A DNA stretch of 53,469 nt from Prorocentrum cordatum (GCA_963575745.1 CAUYUJ010000312.1:62001-115469); one strand, 5' to 3'. Positions 13,290 through 25,722 are shown, counted from the first letter of the stretch. Numbers and translations are program-made. Notes: a model not told the origin generated them from the letters alone.

Positions 13290-14340
13290 TGTTGATTTCT
13301 CATTTCCAACGATAATGATTGTTATTCCCCTTGCCCGGTGTCAATTGAGTCTTTTAGATCTCAGTGCCCTTATGAGGCACGCACCCTGTTTTTTTATAAG
13401 GGTAAATCTTGCGCATCAGAATGCTTGGTTTCCCCCCCAAACTGCCACAGCAATGACTCCCGCCTCGTGCTTCCATACAGTTCATTTAAACATCGCGCTA
13501 TCGCGCAGGACTTCCTCACAATTTGTGCATGAATCGCGCTCTCGTGTGGGAATTCCTCGCAACTTCTTGCGGCGCCGCGCCCCCAACACTCAGTAATCAC
13601 GCTCTCGCTTTTGTCTGTCTCGCGGTTTATGCGGGAATCTCGCAATCGCTCGAGATGTCCTCGCGATTCATGCAGGACTGATGCTTCAGCGACCCGCCCG
13701 CTCAACCCCGCCGGTTCGGCCTGCCCCCCCGACCCGTCCGTTAGGGTCTGCCGATGCACGGTGACGATGATGGATGCATGATGGCGATGCAAATCAAGCG
13801 CCATCATCGGGACACCAATCGGGACACTACTGGGACACCACCGGGACACCATCGGGACATCACCGGGGTGCCAAGTGGGACGCCCATCGGGACACCACCC
13901 GAACACCATCGCGAGACACCGCTGGGACACCATCGGGACACCGCGGGACACCATCGGGACACCGCGGGACACCACGGGACACCTCGGAACATCACGGGAC
14001 ACTACGGGACACCACGGCGGGACACCCCCAGCACCCGCGTGCCACGCGGACGGGGGTGGGGCGGACTTCTGTCCTGGCGGCGCCCTGGCCCAGCAATGGA
14101 GGATTCGTTCCTCTCGCCCGCCCACGCAGCTTCGCCTCGCGCGCACGCGCAACACGAGCACGAAACCGAAACCGATTTCCCCGTGGGGGGTGGCTCGCCG
14201 TTCCACGTCGATCTCGTCCCCCAACCACCTCCGACGCCCAAAGGGGGCACGATCGAAGACGACGAGGGCGGGTATCGAGAACTTGGGGCATACATGTGAC
14301 ATGCTACGCAAGCAGATAAGAACGAACAGTCTTAAGCTGA
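13290..14340. mobile_element. Diverged type-A-like module containing a GGGACACC 10-11 bp minisatellite (13805-14027)
   Basis: Left TTTCCAACGATAATGATTGTTATTCCCC..CGCACCCTGTTTTT; right GATCGAAGACGACGAGGGCGGGTATCGAG...GAACAGTCTTAAG. Confidence 0.5.
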
Positions 14341-14905
14341 TGCTTGTTGTTCTTGATGGTGGCGCCGACGACGCCGATGATGATGATGATGATCATGATG
14401 CTGATGATGATGCTGATGATGGTGGTGGTTGATATGATGACGATGACGACGGCGATGATGAGGATGAGGATTGGGAGGATGATGATGAGGATGAGGATGA
14501 GGATGGTGAGGATGAGGATGGTGAGGATGAGGATGAGAAGGAGGATGAGGATGAGGATTCGGTGAGGAGGTGGAACAGACATCGCCAACGGTTCAAAGGA
14601 GCATGAGGTTGAGGAGGAGAAGGATGATGATGAGGATTAGATGGGGAGGTGGAGCAGATATCGCCAACGGTTCAGAGTGTTGTACAGCCGACAGCATTGG
14701 CGACAGAGCTGTGCGAACCGCGCGTGTATCGGGATGGTCGAAATGCGTGACGAAAGGAAAGGTGACGAGCACCGAACGCGGTTTCTGCCCATTCTGAGCA
14801 GGCCGTCGGTGTCGCCGCGGGCATTCTGCATTCGGTGCTCTGTGCAGACGTCGCCTGCACGTCGGCGGCCGCTGTTTGTTTTTGGCTAACATTCGCTGTG
14901 TAGCA

Positions 14906-15067
14906 TTAAGTCGGTCGTCCCCTCCACAGAAGGAATACTAAACATAGTCAAACAATGGTCTGGGGACGACTTTTTCGATTAGTTTTGCGCATCTTTGGGA
15001 TGTTTTTGAGCACTATTTATGATTTGTCCTCCAAGCTCCGCCCGTAGGAGGACATACCCGATCTAAG
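14906..15067 (-). mobile_element. ~160-bp TIR element; reverse-complement relative of 44423-44557
   Basis: Ends TAAGTCGGTCGTCCC and GGACATACCCGATCTAAG; internal TGGGGACGACTTTTTCGA is the reverse complement of the TCGAAAAATCGTCCCC-like motif at ~44485 and ~44612. Confidence 0.6.
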
Positions 15068-15109
15068 TTTAGCATCGTCCCACTTTTTCATTCCGTCCCA
15101 CAATTTCGG

Positions 15110-15316
15110 TCGGGGAAACGTGCGACTCGAGTAAGCCAGAACTCGGTTTAGCCGACATTTTTTGACGAGCGCGCCCTGGATTTTGACGGTCCGGTTTTCG
15201 TATGATGTTTGTAGCGGGAGCTTCGCGTCAAATTTCGGATTCGGCCTCGCCATTTTTATGATGGCCCCCGTCAGGCCAACCCGAGTCCCCCGTACCCGAG
15301 TCTTACGTCTCCCCGA
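15110..15316. mobile_element. 207-bp MITE, termini TCGGGG...CCCCGA, 5-bp TSD TTCGG
   Basis: TSD at 15105-15109 and 15317-15321; imperfect ~35-bp TIRs; homologous to 17308-17513. Confidence 0.85.
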
Positions 15317-16022
15317 TTCGGGCGTGCCAAGTGAAGCACGCTCTCATCACATCACCGAGCAGGGCAGAGCAGTGTGGAACGCACCAGAGCAGGATGCCAT
15401 GGGAGGAATGGGATCGAGGATCGGGAGGGGAGGAGCAGCGCTTTTGCGGAGACTGTGGAGGATGCGACTGCGGAGGAGGAGGAGGAGCAGGAGAAGCAGG
15501 AGGAGAGGGAGGGAGAACGAGGAGGAGGAGGAGGCGGAGGAGGAGGATGAGGAGGAGAAAGAGGGAGGATTCTCACGTTGAGCAGCCTGCGCGCAGGAGC
15601 GTTGGTTTGAGGGCATGGTCAAACCAGGCGGCGCGGCCAGTCATGACAACATCGATTGCTCCCCCCTTCATGTGTTTTGACAAGCTGGGACCACCGCCCT
15701 GCTTCATGCCCTTCCTTCTCTACAGCTGCCTTTCTCCGCCACCGATCTGCCTCCCTTGACCCCAGGCTCGCTCGCTGCCCTCGCGCCCTCCTCCTCCTCC
15801 TCCTCCTCCTCCTCCTCCTCCTCCTCCTCCTCCTCCTCCTCCTCCTCCTCCCCTCCTCCTCCAGCTGGGCCCTCTGAGCGGGGGGCCGCGCCCCGAGGCC
15901 TCGGCCAGGACCAGATCGCAAGATGCTTCCTGGGGGCCAGGGGCCGGCTGCGTGCGGAGCCGCCAGGCTCGGAGGTGCAGAGTGGGGGGGGGGGGGGGGG
16001 GGGCGATGGCCCGTCGCGGCGT

Positions 16023-16101
16023 GGGGGCCACATGCGAACCCTATCCCTACCCCCCACGACTTCGGAGGGGGGTAGGGGTGGGGGTTCGCATGTGGCCCCC
16101 C
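16023..16101. mobile_element. ~80-bp fold-back element (GGGGGCCACATGCGAACCC family) flanked by ~40-bp direct repeats
   Basis: Arms are reverse complements; GCAGAGT-(G)n-ATGGCCCGTCGCGGCGT lies on both sides (15977-16022, 16103-16140). Confidence 0.8.
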
Positions 16102-16279
16102 GGCAGAGTCGGGGGGGGGGGGGATGGCCCGTCGCGGCGTGGGGTCCGGGCGCAGATCCAGGAGATCCGCGCGGACGTTGCCAGAGTTTCCTCTGCTCCA
16201 GCTTCTGCCCTCTTTTTTTTTTTTGTTTTTCCTCCGCGGCCCGCGGCTGCGCGGATCGGAGCGCACCTCTCGTGTCTCC

Positions 16280-16645
16280 CTGAGGGATCCTTGAGGGACT
16301 CCCAGAAAAGGATTCCTGAGCGCTTCCCGGAGAGAGCTCCTGATGATTCCTGAAAGGGGCTCCTGAGGGATTCCGAGAGAATTCCTGCGGATTCCCGAGG
16401 GAGTCCTGAAGGATTCCCGAAGAATGCCTGAGTGTTCCTCAGGGATTCCCGAGGGAGTCCCAAACAAATTCCTGAGGATTCCTGAGGGATCCCTGGGGGA
16501 TTCCCACAGAACTCCTGAGGATTCCCGACAGGGATTCCTGACGGGAAGGCCTGAAGCATCCCCGAGGATTCCTGAGGGCTCCCCGAGGGGTGCCCCCCAG
16601 AGAACCCCTGAGGATTCCCGAGGGCTCCCCGATGATCCCTCAGGG
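16280..16645. repeat. Degenerate GATTCC/CCTGAGG minisatellite
   Basis: GGATTCC recurs every ~10-25 bp. Confidence 0.8.
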
Positions 16646-16764
16646 ACCGCCCCGTGGGAGAGCGGCTCCCCGCAGGCGCGGCGCGGGGCCCTCTGCGTGC
16701 GAGCGCCTCGGCGCCCCGGCGCGGCGCACCGGGCCCTCCTCGGAGGGAGGCGGCCCAGACCTGC

Positions 16765-16965
16765 CGCGCCCGCGCCCACGCCCACGCCCACGCCCACCAC
16801 GCTCGCGCCCACGCCCGCGCCCACGCCCACGCCCGCGCCCGCGCCCGCGCTGGCGCCCACGCCCGCGATCGCGCCCGCGCCCGCGTCTGTGCCGGCGCCC
16901 GCGCCCACGCCCGTGCTCGCGCCCACGCTCGCGCCCACGCCCCCACGTCCACGCCCACGCCCACG
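16765..16965. repeat. (GCCCAC/GCCCGC)n hexamer repeat
   Basis: Direct inspection. Confidence 0.95.
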
Positions 16966-17307
16966 TCTCAGAGGAGCAAGAGGTCATGATAATGATACGC
17001 TCCAAGATTTCCAAGGCTTCCAGGATCCCTCACAGTTCCGAGTGTTCCGCACCAGCTGCGCCGCTAGACACTCTGGAAATCCTGTATCCTGAGCAGATCT
17101 TTTCACGACATCATTCTCGCCCTAGTATCGACCCCTCTGGATTCGAATGCGACTCGATTTCGATCGACCCCGACCCCCATTCGATTCGACTTCGGGCTCC
17201 GACTTTGGCTTCGGGTTCGGGAATCGGTGCCTCGCTGGCCTGCCGGCCTCCGCCGATTCGGCTTCTCCCGGCTCGCCTGCCGACTTCCACCGCTGCGATC
17301 GCCTTTG

Positions 17308-17513
17308 TCGGGGGAGCGTAAGACCCGGGTTTGCCGGGACTCGGGTTCGCCATCGTTTTTTGACGATCGCGACTCGGATTTTGACGAGGAGGAGTTTTGT
17401 GGGATGTCTGCAGCGGGAGGCCTCGTCAAAATGCAGGCTCGGCCTCGTCATTTTTTTGACGACCTCGTCGGGGATTTCCGAGTCCCCCGTACCCGGGTCT
17501 TACGTCTCCCCGA
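17308..17513. mobile_element. 206-bp MITE, termini TCGGGG...CCCCGA, 5-bp TSD CTTTG
   Basis: TSD at 17303-17307 and 17514-17518; TIR core CGTAAGACCCGGGT / ACCCGGGTCTTACG. Confidence 0.88.
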
Positions 17514-17553
17514 CTTTGGAGCGCCGCTCCGACCTGCCGATTCGGTGCTGGGC

Positions 17554-17612
17554 CTTCCTGCCGGCCCCAGACGGGCGAGGCTCGGCCGCTCGGCGGCTCC
17601 GCCGGCGTCCCC
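17554..17612 (-). CDS. Candidate short exon (phase 2 to phase 1): GTPAEPPSGRASPVWGRQE
   Basis: Minus-strand CTCAG|G acceptor and GAAG|GC donor; phases compatible with candidates 37948-38072 and 2216-2341; sites were chosen by eye. Confidence 0.2.
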
Positions 17613-17675
17613 CTGAGGGCCGACGCTGCGAGCAAGAAGCGCAGCGTCGTGAGAATCGCGTGCGAACCCCCAGAG

Positions 17676-17828
17676 TCAGGAGGGAAAAAAACACACAGAC
17701 ACAATTAATCCTCGATTCCCAGGAAAATATGGGAAAATATGGGAATTGGGGGGGAAGACAAAAACCCAGAAAATATGGGAAAATATGGGGACTATTTTTA
17801 TTTGTGTGTATTTATTTGTGTGTCCTAA
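17676..17828. mobile_element. ~150-bp dispersed element (TCAGGAGGG...ACACAATT...TCGATTCCCAGGA...TTGTGTGTATT..TTTGTGT)
   Basis: Homologous copies at ~43465-43620 and ~49120-49274, diverged copy at ~18230-18423; weak terminal inverted similarity; no TSD seen. Confidence 0.65.
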
Positions 17829-18723
17829 TTTCCCTTTACAGAGCCCCTCCTCCCTGCAGACTCGCACAACGGGGAGCGGATCGAGCCTGCCCATCGCCGA
17901 CCTGTGAGGGAGAGCAAGACACGAATCCAGCTGCCTCCGGCGTTTGTCGAGCCAGATCCATCGGTGATGGCCCTGGGGCACGAGCCTGGGCGAGTTGTAA
18001 CGCCCACATCTCGAGACCGTTGTTTAGGGTCCGGCGATCGCCCAGGTTATCAGGCCCGTCCGCCCCCCCTCCGCCCCCCATCCCAGGATCACCTGACCTC
18101 GTCGGTCGCGCAGGTCCGAATGGTGTGCGCAGCATTCGTGCGCGCGGGCATGCGTGGGGCTGCCCAGAGCGAAGAGCTTAGGCCAGACGCCGGCCCCTCC
18201 CCTCCCACCCCCCTGATGACCTGGATCATTCAGGAGGGATGAGACACAGACACAGATCGTCGATCTCCACTCGAGAATCCGGGAAAAGATGACACACGGC
18301 GAGGAAGCTGGAACTCCAAGAAATATTCAATATTTAGTACTTAATATATATACATATAAACTTTAAAAAGTGAATCGATAAAAGTCTTGGGATTCCTGTG
18401 GCTATTTCTTCGTGTCTCCCTGACCCCCTTTGAACCGTCGCCGGAAATTATGAACGACCTCCTGTGGTTTGGCCGTCGGCCTCAGTCAGCGGCTGAAGGC
18501 CAAGCGCCCGCTCTGGGGCTGCGCGTCCCCCCCCCGGGGCGGGCTGCACTTCTGTGGCCATGGCGGAAGTGCCCTCGGGCAGCCGCTGAGCGAGGCGGAG
18601 CGGAGAGCCGCGCAGCGGGGGTGCCAACACTGGACGTGCAGGTGCGACCGCCCGTCTGTCTGTCTATCCCCATCGATCCGTCGATCAATAGATCTATCTA
18701 TCTATCTCTCTGTCTACCGAACA

Positions 18724-18904
18724 TGTGTATATATATATATATGTACATTTATACATATACATATTTATATGCATATACGATATATATATACACATATATA
18801 TGTGTGTGTATGCATGGATGTATGTATGTATGTATGTATGAATGTATGTATGTATGTATGTATGTATGCATATATGTATGTATGTGTGCATGCATGTATG
18901 CATG

Positions 18905-18935
<31 letters not shown>

Positions 18936-19225
18936 TATAATATAGTGTAATGTATGTATGTATGTATGTATGCATGCATGCATGCATGCATGCATGTATG
19001 TATGTATGTCTGTCTGTATGTATGTGTGTGTATGTATGTATGTATGTATGTATGTATGTATGTATGTATGTATGTATGTATGTATGCATGCATGCATGCA
19101 TGCATGTATGTATGTATGTATGTATGTATGTATGTATGTATGTATGTATGTATGTATGTATGTATGTATGTATGTATGTATGTATGTATGTATGTATGTA
19201 TGTATGTATATACACATATATATAT

Positions 19226-19268
<43 letters not shown>
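18724..19268. repeat. (TATG)n/(CATG)n/(TA)n compound microsatellite
   Basis: Direct inspection. Confidence 0.97.
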
Positions 19269-19270
<2 letters not shown>

Positions 19271-19479
19271 CGTGCACGAGGCCCTGGGGCCCGGGACCGC
19301 GACCTCGACAGCGCATGAGGGGACTGAGGGCTTTGGGGGGCCAAAATCGGTGCCGTCATCCCCCATGGGGCCCCCCCCCGAACGTTTGGGGGGTCACAGA
19401 CCCCCCGGGACTGCCCTGGGCCGCTTCCAAATTGCCCACGACAGGCCACGCGGGCCGTACAGATGGTCACGAAAGCCTG

Positions 19480-20995
19480 AAGAGGCCCCGAAGACGCCCA
19501 AGAGCGCCCCAAGAGGGCCCGTGAGGGCCCCAAGAGGGCCTTCAAGAGGCAAACATCTGCCCATTTCCTTCGTAAAAATGCATTTTTGGCATACTCGCTG
19601 GCTTCGTCTTCACAGTGCCCCAGACGCCCCCGCGGAGCCCCAACACAGCCCAAGAGAGACCCAAGAGGGCCCCAAACGGCCCAAAAGCGTCGGCCTGTGG
19701 GGCTCACGGAACCCCCCAAGACGGCCCAAGAGGCCCCGAAGCTGGCCCAGGAGGCGTCCAAGACGGCCTCAGGGATGCCCAAGAGGGCCCCGTTCGAAAT
19801 CATGTTCCCGGAAGCCTCTCGGGGAACATGACTTCCGGGCTCCCAGGGCCCCCTACTGAGCCCCAGGACAGCCTCAGCAAGGCCCAGGAGGGCCCGAGAT
19901 GGCTTGAAGATGGCCGAAGAGGGCCCCAAGAGGGCCTTCAAGAGGCAAACATCGGCCCGTTCCCATAGTAAAACGTGCATTTTCGGCATGCTCGCTGGCT
20001 TCGTCTTCACAGTGCCCCAGACGCCCCCGCGGAGCCCCAACACAGCCCAAGAGAGACCCAAGAGGGCCCCAGACGGCCCAAAAGCGTCGGCCTGTGGGGC
20101 TGACGGAACCCCCCAATACGGCCCAAGAGGCCCCGAAGCCGGCCCAGGAGGCGTCCAAGACGGCCTCAGGGAGGCCCAAGAGAGCCCCGTTCGACATCAT
20201 GTTCCCGGAAGCCTCTCGGGGAACATGACTTCGGGTTCCGAGGACGCCGAAGAGCCAAGAGGGCCCGAGATGGCTTCAAGATGGCCGACGAGGGCCCCAA
20301 GAGGGCCTTCAAGAGGCAACGTACATTTTCAGCATGCTTGCTTGCTTCGTCTTCAAATTGCCCCGGACGCCCCCGAGGAGCCCCAACACAGCCCAAGAGA
20401 GACCCAAGAGGGCCCAAGACGGCCCGGCAGGGTCGGCCTGTGGGGCTCAGAGAACCCCTCAAGACGGCCCAAGAGGCCCCGAAGCGGACCCAGGAGGCCC
20501 CCAAGACGGCCTCAGGGAGGCCCAAGAGGGCCTCGTTCGACATCACGTTCCCGGAAGCCTCTCCGGGAACATGATTTCCGGATTCCCAGGACGCCCAAGA
20601 GGCCCACAAGACAGCCTCAGCAAGGCCCAGGAGGGCCCGAGATGGTTTCAAGATGGCCGAAGAGGGCCCCAAGAGGGCCTTCAAGAGGCAAAATCGGCCC
20701 GTTCCCATAGTAAAACGTACATTTTCAGCATGCTCCCTTGCTTCGTCTTCGCAGTGCCCCAGGCGCCCCCGAGGAGCCCCAAGACAGCCCAAGAGAGACC
20801 CAAGAGGGCCCAAGATGGCCAAAAAGGGTCGTCCTGTGGGGCTGACGGAACCCCCCAAGACAGCCCAAGAGGCCCCAAAGCCAGCCCAGGAGGCCCCCAA
20901 GACGGCCTCAGGGAGGCCCAAGAGAGCCCTGTTCGAAATCATGTTCCCGGAAGCCTCTCCGGGAACATGATTTCCGGGTTCCCAGGACGCCTCAG
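19480..20995. repeat. Four-copy tandem array of a ~370-400-bp unit rich in CCCAAGAGGGCC subrepeats
   Basis: CCCCAAGAGGGCCTTCAAGAGGCAA at ~19529, 19924, 20295 and 20667. Confidence 0.92.
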
Positions 20996-22800
20996 GACGG
21001 TCGACGACGCCGCCAAAACGTCCCAAGAGCGCCTCCAGAGGCCCCTCCAAAGGGCCCCAGAAGCCGAACATCATCCATTTTCCAATGGTTTTTGAAGCGT
21101 TCTTGCGCTTTCCCATGTTCCGCCTCCCCACGGTCCCGGACCGCGTCAGAGGTCCTTCAGATCGCTCCAAGATGGCCGAAGAGGCTCCCAAGAAAGCCCA
21201 GAGACGGCCCAGGAGGCTCCCCAGATAAGCCAAGAGGGCCTCGAGAGCGCCCCAAGAGAGCCCCAAGAGCGACCCAAGGAGGGCCCGAAGATCGCGACAT
21301 TTCAAGGTCTCCGGCCTGAGAGGCTCCTAGGACGCCCCCTAAGGCCATCAAGAGGCTCCCAAGAAGTCCCGTGAGGCTCCCAAGAGGCCCCCCGGAAGCC
21401 CCAATAGGCCCCCAAGGGACCCCCAGGGAAGCCCCCTGCGGGCCCCCAAGACACTTCGGTAAATAGTATTTCCCAGATAGCTTTCCGGGAACATGATTCC
21501 TTGGGCTTCCGCCCAGCGCCCCAACCATGTTTCCAATAGGCTTGCCAACAAGGCCAAAAGTCGCCCCTGGGTAAGCCCCTAGAGGCCCCCCTCTTAGAGA
21601 GCCGAACAAATCATGCTCCCGGAAAGCTTCCCGGGAATCTGATTCTCTATCTCGGAGTAGGCCCGGGGGGGGGGGCGGGCCGCTGCCTGTTCCCCCCATC
21701 GGTGCCCACAAGGGGTTACGGGGAGGGGGGTCCAGGGCTCCCGAGGCGGCCCGAGCCTGCCCCGAAGCAGGCCACGACAGGCTAAGGGGGTCCCGAGAGG
21801 ACCCAAGACGGTCCCACGAGGCCCCGAAGACGCCCAAGATGCCCTCAAGACAGCCGACGAGGACTCCAACACGCTCCAGGACGGACTGAAGAGGCTCCCC
21901 AAGAGAGCCCTGGAAGGCAAGATTCACTCGTTTTCCGAGTGTTTTGGATTTTGGCGTTCTCGCTTTTCCCGCTTTCCAGCGCTCCCTCACGGCCTCGGAG
22001 GCCTTTCAGATCGCTCCAAGAAGGCCCACGAGGCCCCGACGAGGGCCCCAAGACGGCCCAGGATGCTCCCCAGACAACCCAAGTGTGCCCCAAGAGCGCG
22101 CCAAGAGAAGGCCCAGAGGGGTCCCGAGGTGGCCCGGGCCCGCCCCGAAGCAGGCCACAACAGGCTAATGAAGGTCCCGAGAGGGCCCTAGACGGTCACT
22201 AGAGGCCCCGAAGACGCCCAAGCTGCCCTCAGGACGGCCGACGAGGACTCCAACACGCTCCAGGACGGACTCAAGAGGCTCTCCAAGAGGGCCCTGGGAG
22301 GCAAGATTTGCTAATTTTCTTTTGGTTTCTGAAGGATTTGTGCGTTCTCGCTTTCCCCGCTTCCTGGCGCTCCCTCACGGCCTCGCTCGGAGACCCTTCA
22401 GATCGCTCCAAGACGGGCCACGAGGCCCCGAAGAGGGCCCCAAGACGGCCCAGGAGGCTCCCCAGACAACCCAACTGTGCCCCAAGAGCCCCCCAAGAGA
22501 GGGCCCAGAGGCGGTCCGCCAACCGATAATTCGAGGTCTCTGGCCCTAGAGGCCGCCTGTAGGCCCCCGGAGGCCACCAAGAGGCTTCCACGAAGCCCCG
22601 TGAGGCGCCCAAGAGGCCCCCAGGAAGCCCCAAGAGACCCCCAAGGGGCTTCCAGGGAACGCCCGAGAGGCCCCCCAACACACCCCAAGAAGTCATGACC
22701 CCAGAAAACCTTCCGGGGACATGGTTCATCATGTGCCCGAGAGTTCCCGGAGGCCCCCAAGGGGCCCCCAGGGAACGCCCAAGAGACCCCCCCAGCACAC
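20995..22800. repeat. CCCAAGA(G/C)GGCCC-rich dispersed/tandem repeat, including a ~390-bp duplication
   Basis: CGGCCGACGAGGACTCCAACACGCTCCAGGACGGACT-like sequence at ~21851 and ~22235; related sequence at 23560-23900 and reversed at 34900-35720 and 48060-48310. Confidence 0.8.
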
Positions 22801-22923
22801 CCTAACAAACCATCATGCTACAGGAGAGCTGTCTGGGAAGTTGATTGGGAGCATGACTGATCGCCTTCTCGCGGCCCTCCGCAGATCGTTTCGCACAAAC
22901 TTGCCCCAAGTGCCCTCTTGAAT

Positions 22924-23027
22924 CGACGACGACGACGACGAAACGACGAAGACGACGACGACGACGACGACGACGACGGCGGCGACGACGACGACGACGG
23001 CGCGCCCCAATATGCGACGACGACATT

Positions 23028-23106
<79 letters not shown>

Positions 23107-23152
23107 CGCGCCCCAATAGGCGACGACGACATTACGACGACGACGACGACGG
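22924..23152. repeat. (GAC)n microsatellite with a duplicated GGCGCGCCCCAATA interruption
   Basis: Direct inspection. Confidence 0.95.
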
Positions 23153-23343
23153 CACGCCCCAACAGGCTCCCCAAGACGCCCCAAACCCATGCTCCCAGAA
23201 GGCCTTCTGGGAACCCGATTCATACGGCCTCCGCCCCCCTACACAACCATTTTCCTCGAAGGCCTTTCGGAATGCAGATTGGCATGCGTGGACTGTGGTC
23301 CACTACTTCAGTGGAGCAGTGAATTCGTCAAGGCCTGGGGCCT

Positions 23344-23386
23344 GCTAGAACCTGAGCGCGCGCGAAGCGCGCGCGATGGTTCTAGT
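23344..23386. other. 43-bp palindromic hairpin cassette ending CTAG|T (Helitron 3'-end-like), copy 1
   Basis: GCTAGAACCTGA-GCGCGCGC-GAA-GCGCGCGC-GATGGTTCTAGT. Confidence 0.6.
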
Positions 23387-23914
23387 ATGTATATATGTTT
23401 GCACGTGCATATTTATCTATCTGTCTATCTATCGATCTTTCTCTCTCTCTCTATTTATATATATATATATATATATGTATATGTACAGGCCAGCAGCCCC
23501 CAAACATGTGCCCCCATTGGGGTACGGGGTTCCGGCAGTTCTGCTGGGGCGCCGGGGGCGCCCTAAGATCGCCCGGAGACGGCCCCCGGATCGCCAAACA
23601 TGGCGCTTCCAGACCACACGAACGACCAATGGCGGCCAAGACGGCCAAGGCGGCCAGAATTAGCCCCTGACTATCAAAGAGGCCTCCAAGACGCCCCCAG
23701 AAACCTCCAAGATGCCACAACTTATTGCTTATCCAAAAGTTTTTGAAGGATTTCCAGGTTCTCGCCTTTTCAGTTTTCCGACGCTCCGCAACGGCCCAAG
23801 AGGTCATATTGTCCGCTCCAAGACAGCCCGAGAGGCCTCGAAGACGGCCCAAAAACGGCCCAAGAGGGCCCCAAGACGGCGCCATAGGCGCACAGGACGG
23901 CCCGAGAGGGTCCT

Positions 23915-24320
23915 ATGGAGCTCCACCGAAGGCCCCAGTGGGGGTGCCCGCATGCGTCCGCCACACCCAGTACAACGTTTCGTGGCCCCATAGGGAACTC
24001 CACCGACGGTCTCAACTGCGCAGCCCGCATGCGTCTCACCCACCGAGCACAGCGCTTCGTGGCCCCATCGGGAGCTCCGACGAAGGTCCCAGTGGCGCAG
24101 TCCGCATGCGTCTCCCCCACCCGGAACAGCGTTTCGTGGCCCCATCGGGAGCTCCGACGAAGGTCTCAATTGTGCAGCCCGCATGCGTCTCCCCCACACA
24201 GTACAGCGTTTCGTGGCCCTACAAGGGGGCTCCACCGAAGGCTCCAGCGGCGTAGTCCGCATGCGTCTCCCCCACCCAGTACAGCGTTTCGTGGCCCTAC
24301 AAGGGGGCTCCACCGAAGAC
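23915..24320. repeat. ~77-bp tandem repeat, about 5 copies
   Basis: CTCCACCGA/CTCCGACGA at ~23921, 23998, 24075, 24152, 24230 and 24308; each unit has CCGCATGCGTC and TTCGTGGCCC. Confidence 0.92.
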
Positions 24321-24624
24321 GATGCCTTCAACTGCGATGTTCACAACTGCATATGATTGGGTCCTTCGCCAGGCCAATTCAAATTTGCCCCCGGTTTATT
24401 TTTGCACATCAGACCATCAGTAAAGCCCCCGTCACCATCGAAGAAAGATCCCAGGAAGCCTTCGAGGGCCCCAAATCATCGAGCACCTAAATGAAGTGGA
24501 TGATTTTGTGGTTTCCTCATTTCCCCTTCTATACGCTTCCGAGGCTTGCGCAGGGACTCCAAGAAGGTCGTTAGATGCACAAGGCGCTTCAACAATTGAG
24601 ATTCCATGCGTTAGTCTGTCGGTA

Positions 24625-24667
24625 GCTAGAACTGGAGCGCGCGCGAAGCGCGCGCGATGGTTCTAGT
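24625..24667. other. 43-bp palindromic hairpin cassette, copy 2
   Basis: GCTAGAACTGGA-GCGCGCGC-GAA-GCGCGCGC-GATGGTTCTAGT; flanks unrelated to copy 1. Confidence 0.6.
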
Positions 24668-25019
24668 TCCATATTTCCATGGATAGTGGCAATTCGGCTA
24701 TCGCTCGAGACTCCCTCAAGCCTTATGCACATAATGGCAAGACTCCGCAACAGCTTCATGTATGGAGCGTGAGTCATGTTCGACATGGGTTCTCGCATGG
24801 CACTTCAGGCATGCTGTCATTCGACATGGGTGGAGGGTTGCGCCTTTCAAAAGGGGTCCGTAGGTGGACATCTCTTTGAACTTCGTGCTCCTAACTGTGG
24901 CACTTCGCATAGACATAAGGATGGAGGGCGGATTTGGCTTTCGCCTGAATGACGCGCCCGCGGTGCGCTCGTCTTTCAAATGGGCGTCTCTCCGTAATGA
25001 ACACTTTTGGCAAGCGGCA

Positions 25020-25722
25020 CATGCGCACATGCACCTGTGCACATTCTGTATAGACATATAATATATATACATACAAGCGGCACACTTTTGGCAAGCGGCA
25101 CATTCTGTATAAATATATACACCTGTGCACATGCATACATTCATGCCATCATGCATGCATGCGTGCATACACATCCATCCATTCATCCATCCATCCACCC
25201 ATACCTGGGCGCACACACATACATACATGCGCACATGCACACACAGATACACATACACATACACACATATTCATATGTATACCTATACATGTACATAAGC
25301 ATTTATACATATAAAAGCACATACATAGCACACCTACTTACATACATCCACATGTCCATCGTGTACATATACGTATACACATGGTTTTACGTATGCATTC
25401 ACCTTTACACACATATAGATATATATTTTAATTTGCGCCCACACATGCATATACATATGCACATGCACACACGTACATAAACATATACACATACATGCGT
25501 ACATACACATACACATACACATACACATACACGCATACGTATGTGTATGCATATATATATATAGACATATGCATTTACATACATACACGTATACGTACAC
25601 ATGCGCACACATGTATGTATGTGTAGATATACACGTATATGCATACACACGCATGTCTGTAATAGTATGTGCATGCCCACACGTATACACATTATCATAT
25701 GCATATCTATGTATATATGTAC
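25020..25722. repeat. Decayed (CA/TA/CATA)n alternating purine-pyrimidine tract
   Basis: Direct inspection. Confidence 0.9.

Noticed and set aside
18694..21990. ORFs of 250-455 aa over the CCCAAGAGG repeats
   Set aside because: GC-rich tandem repeat open in several frames on both strands; units do not keep frame
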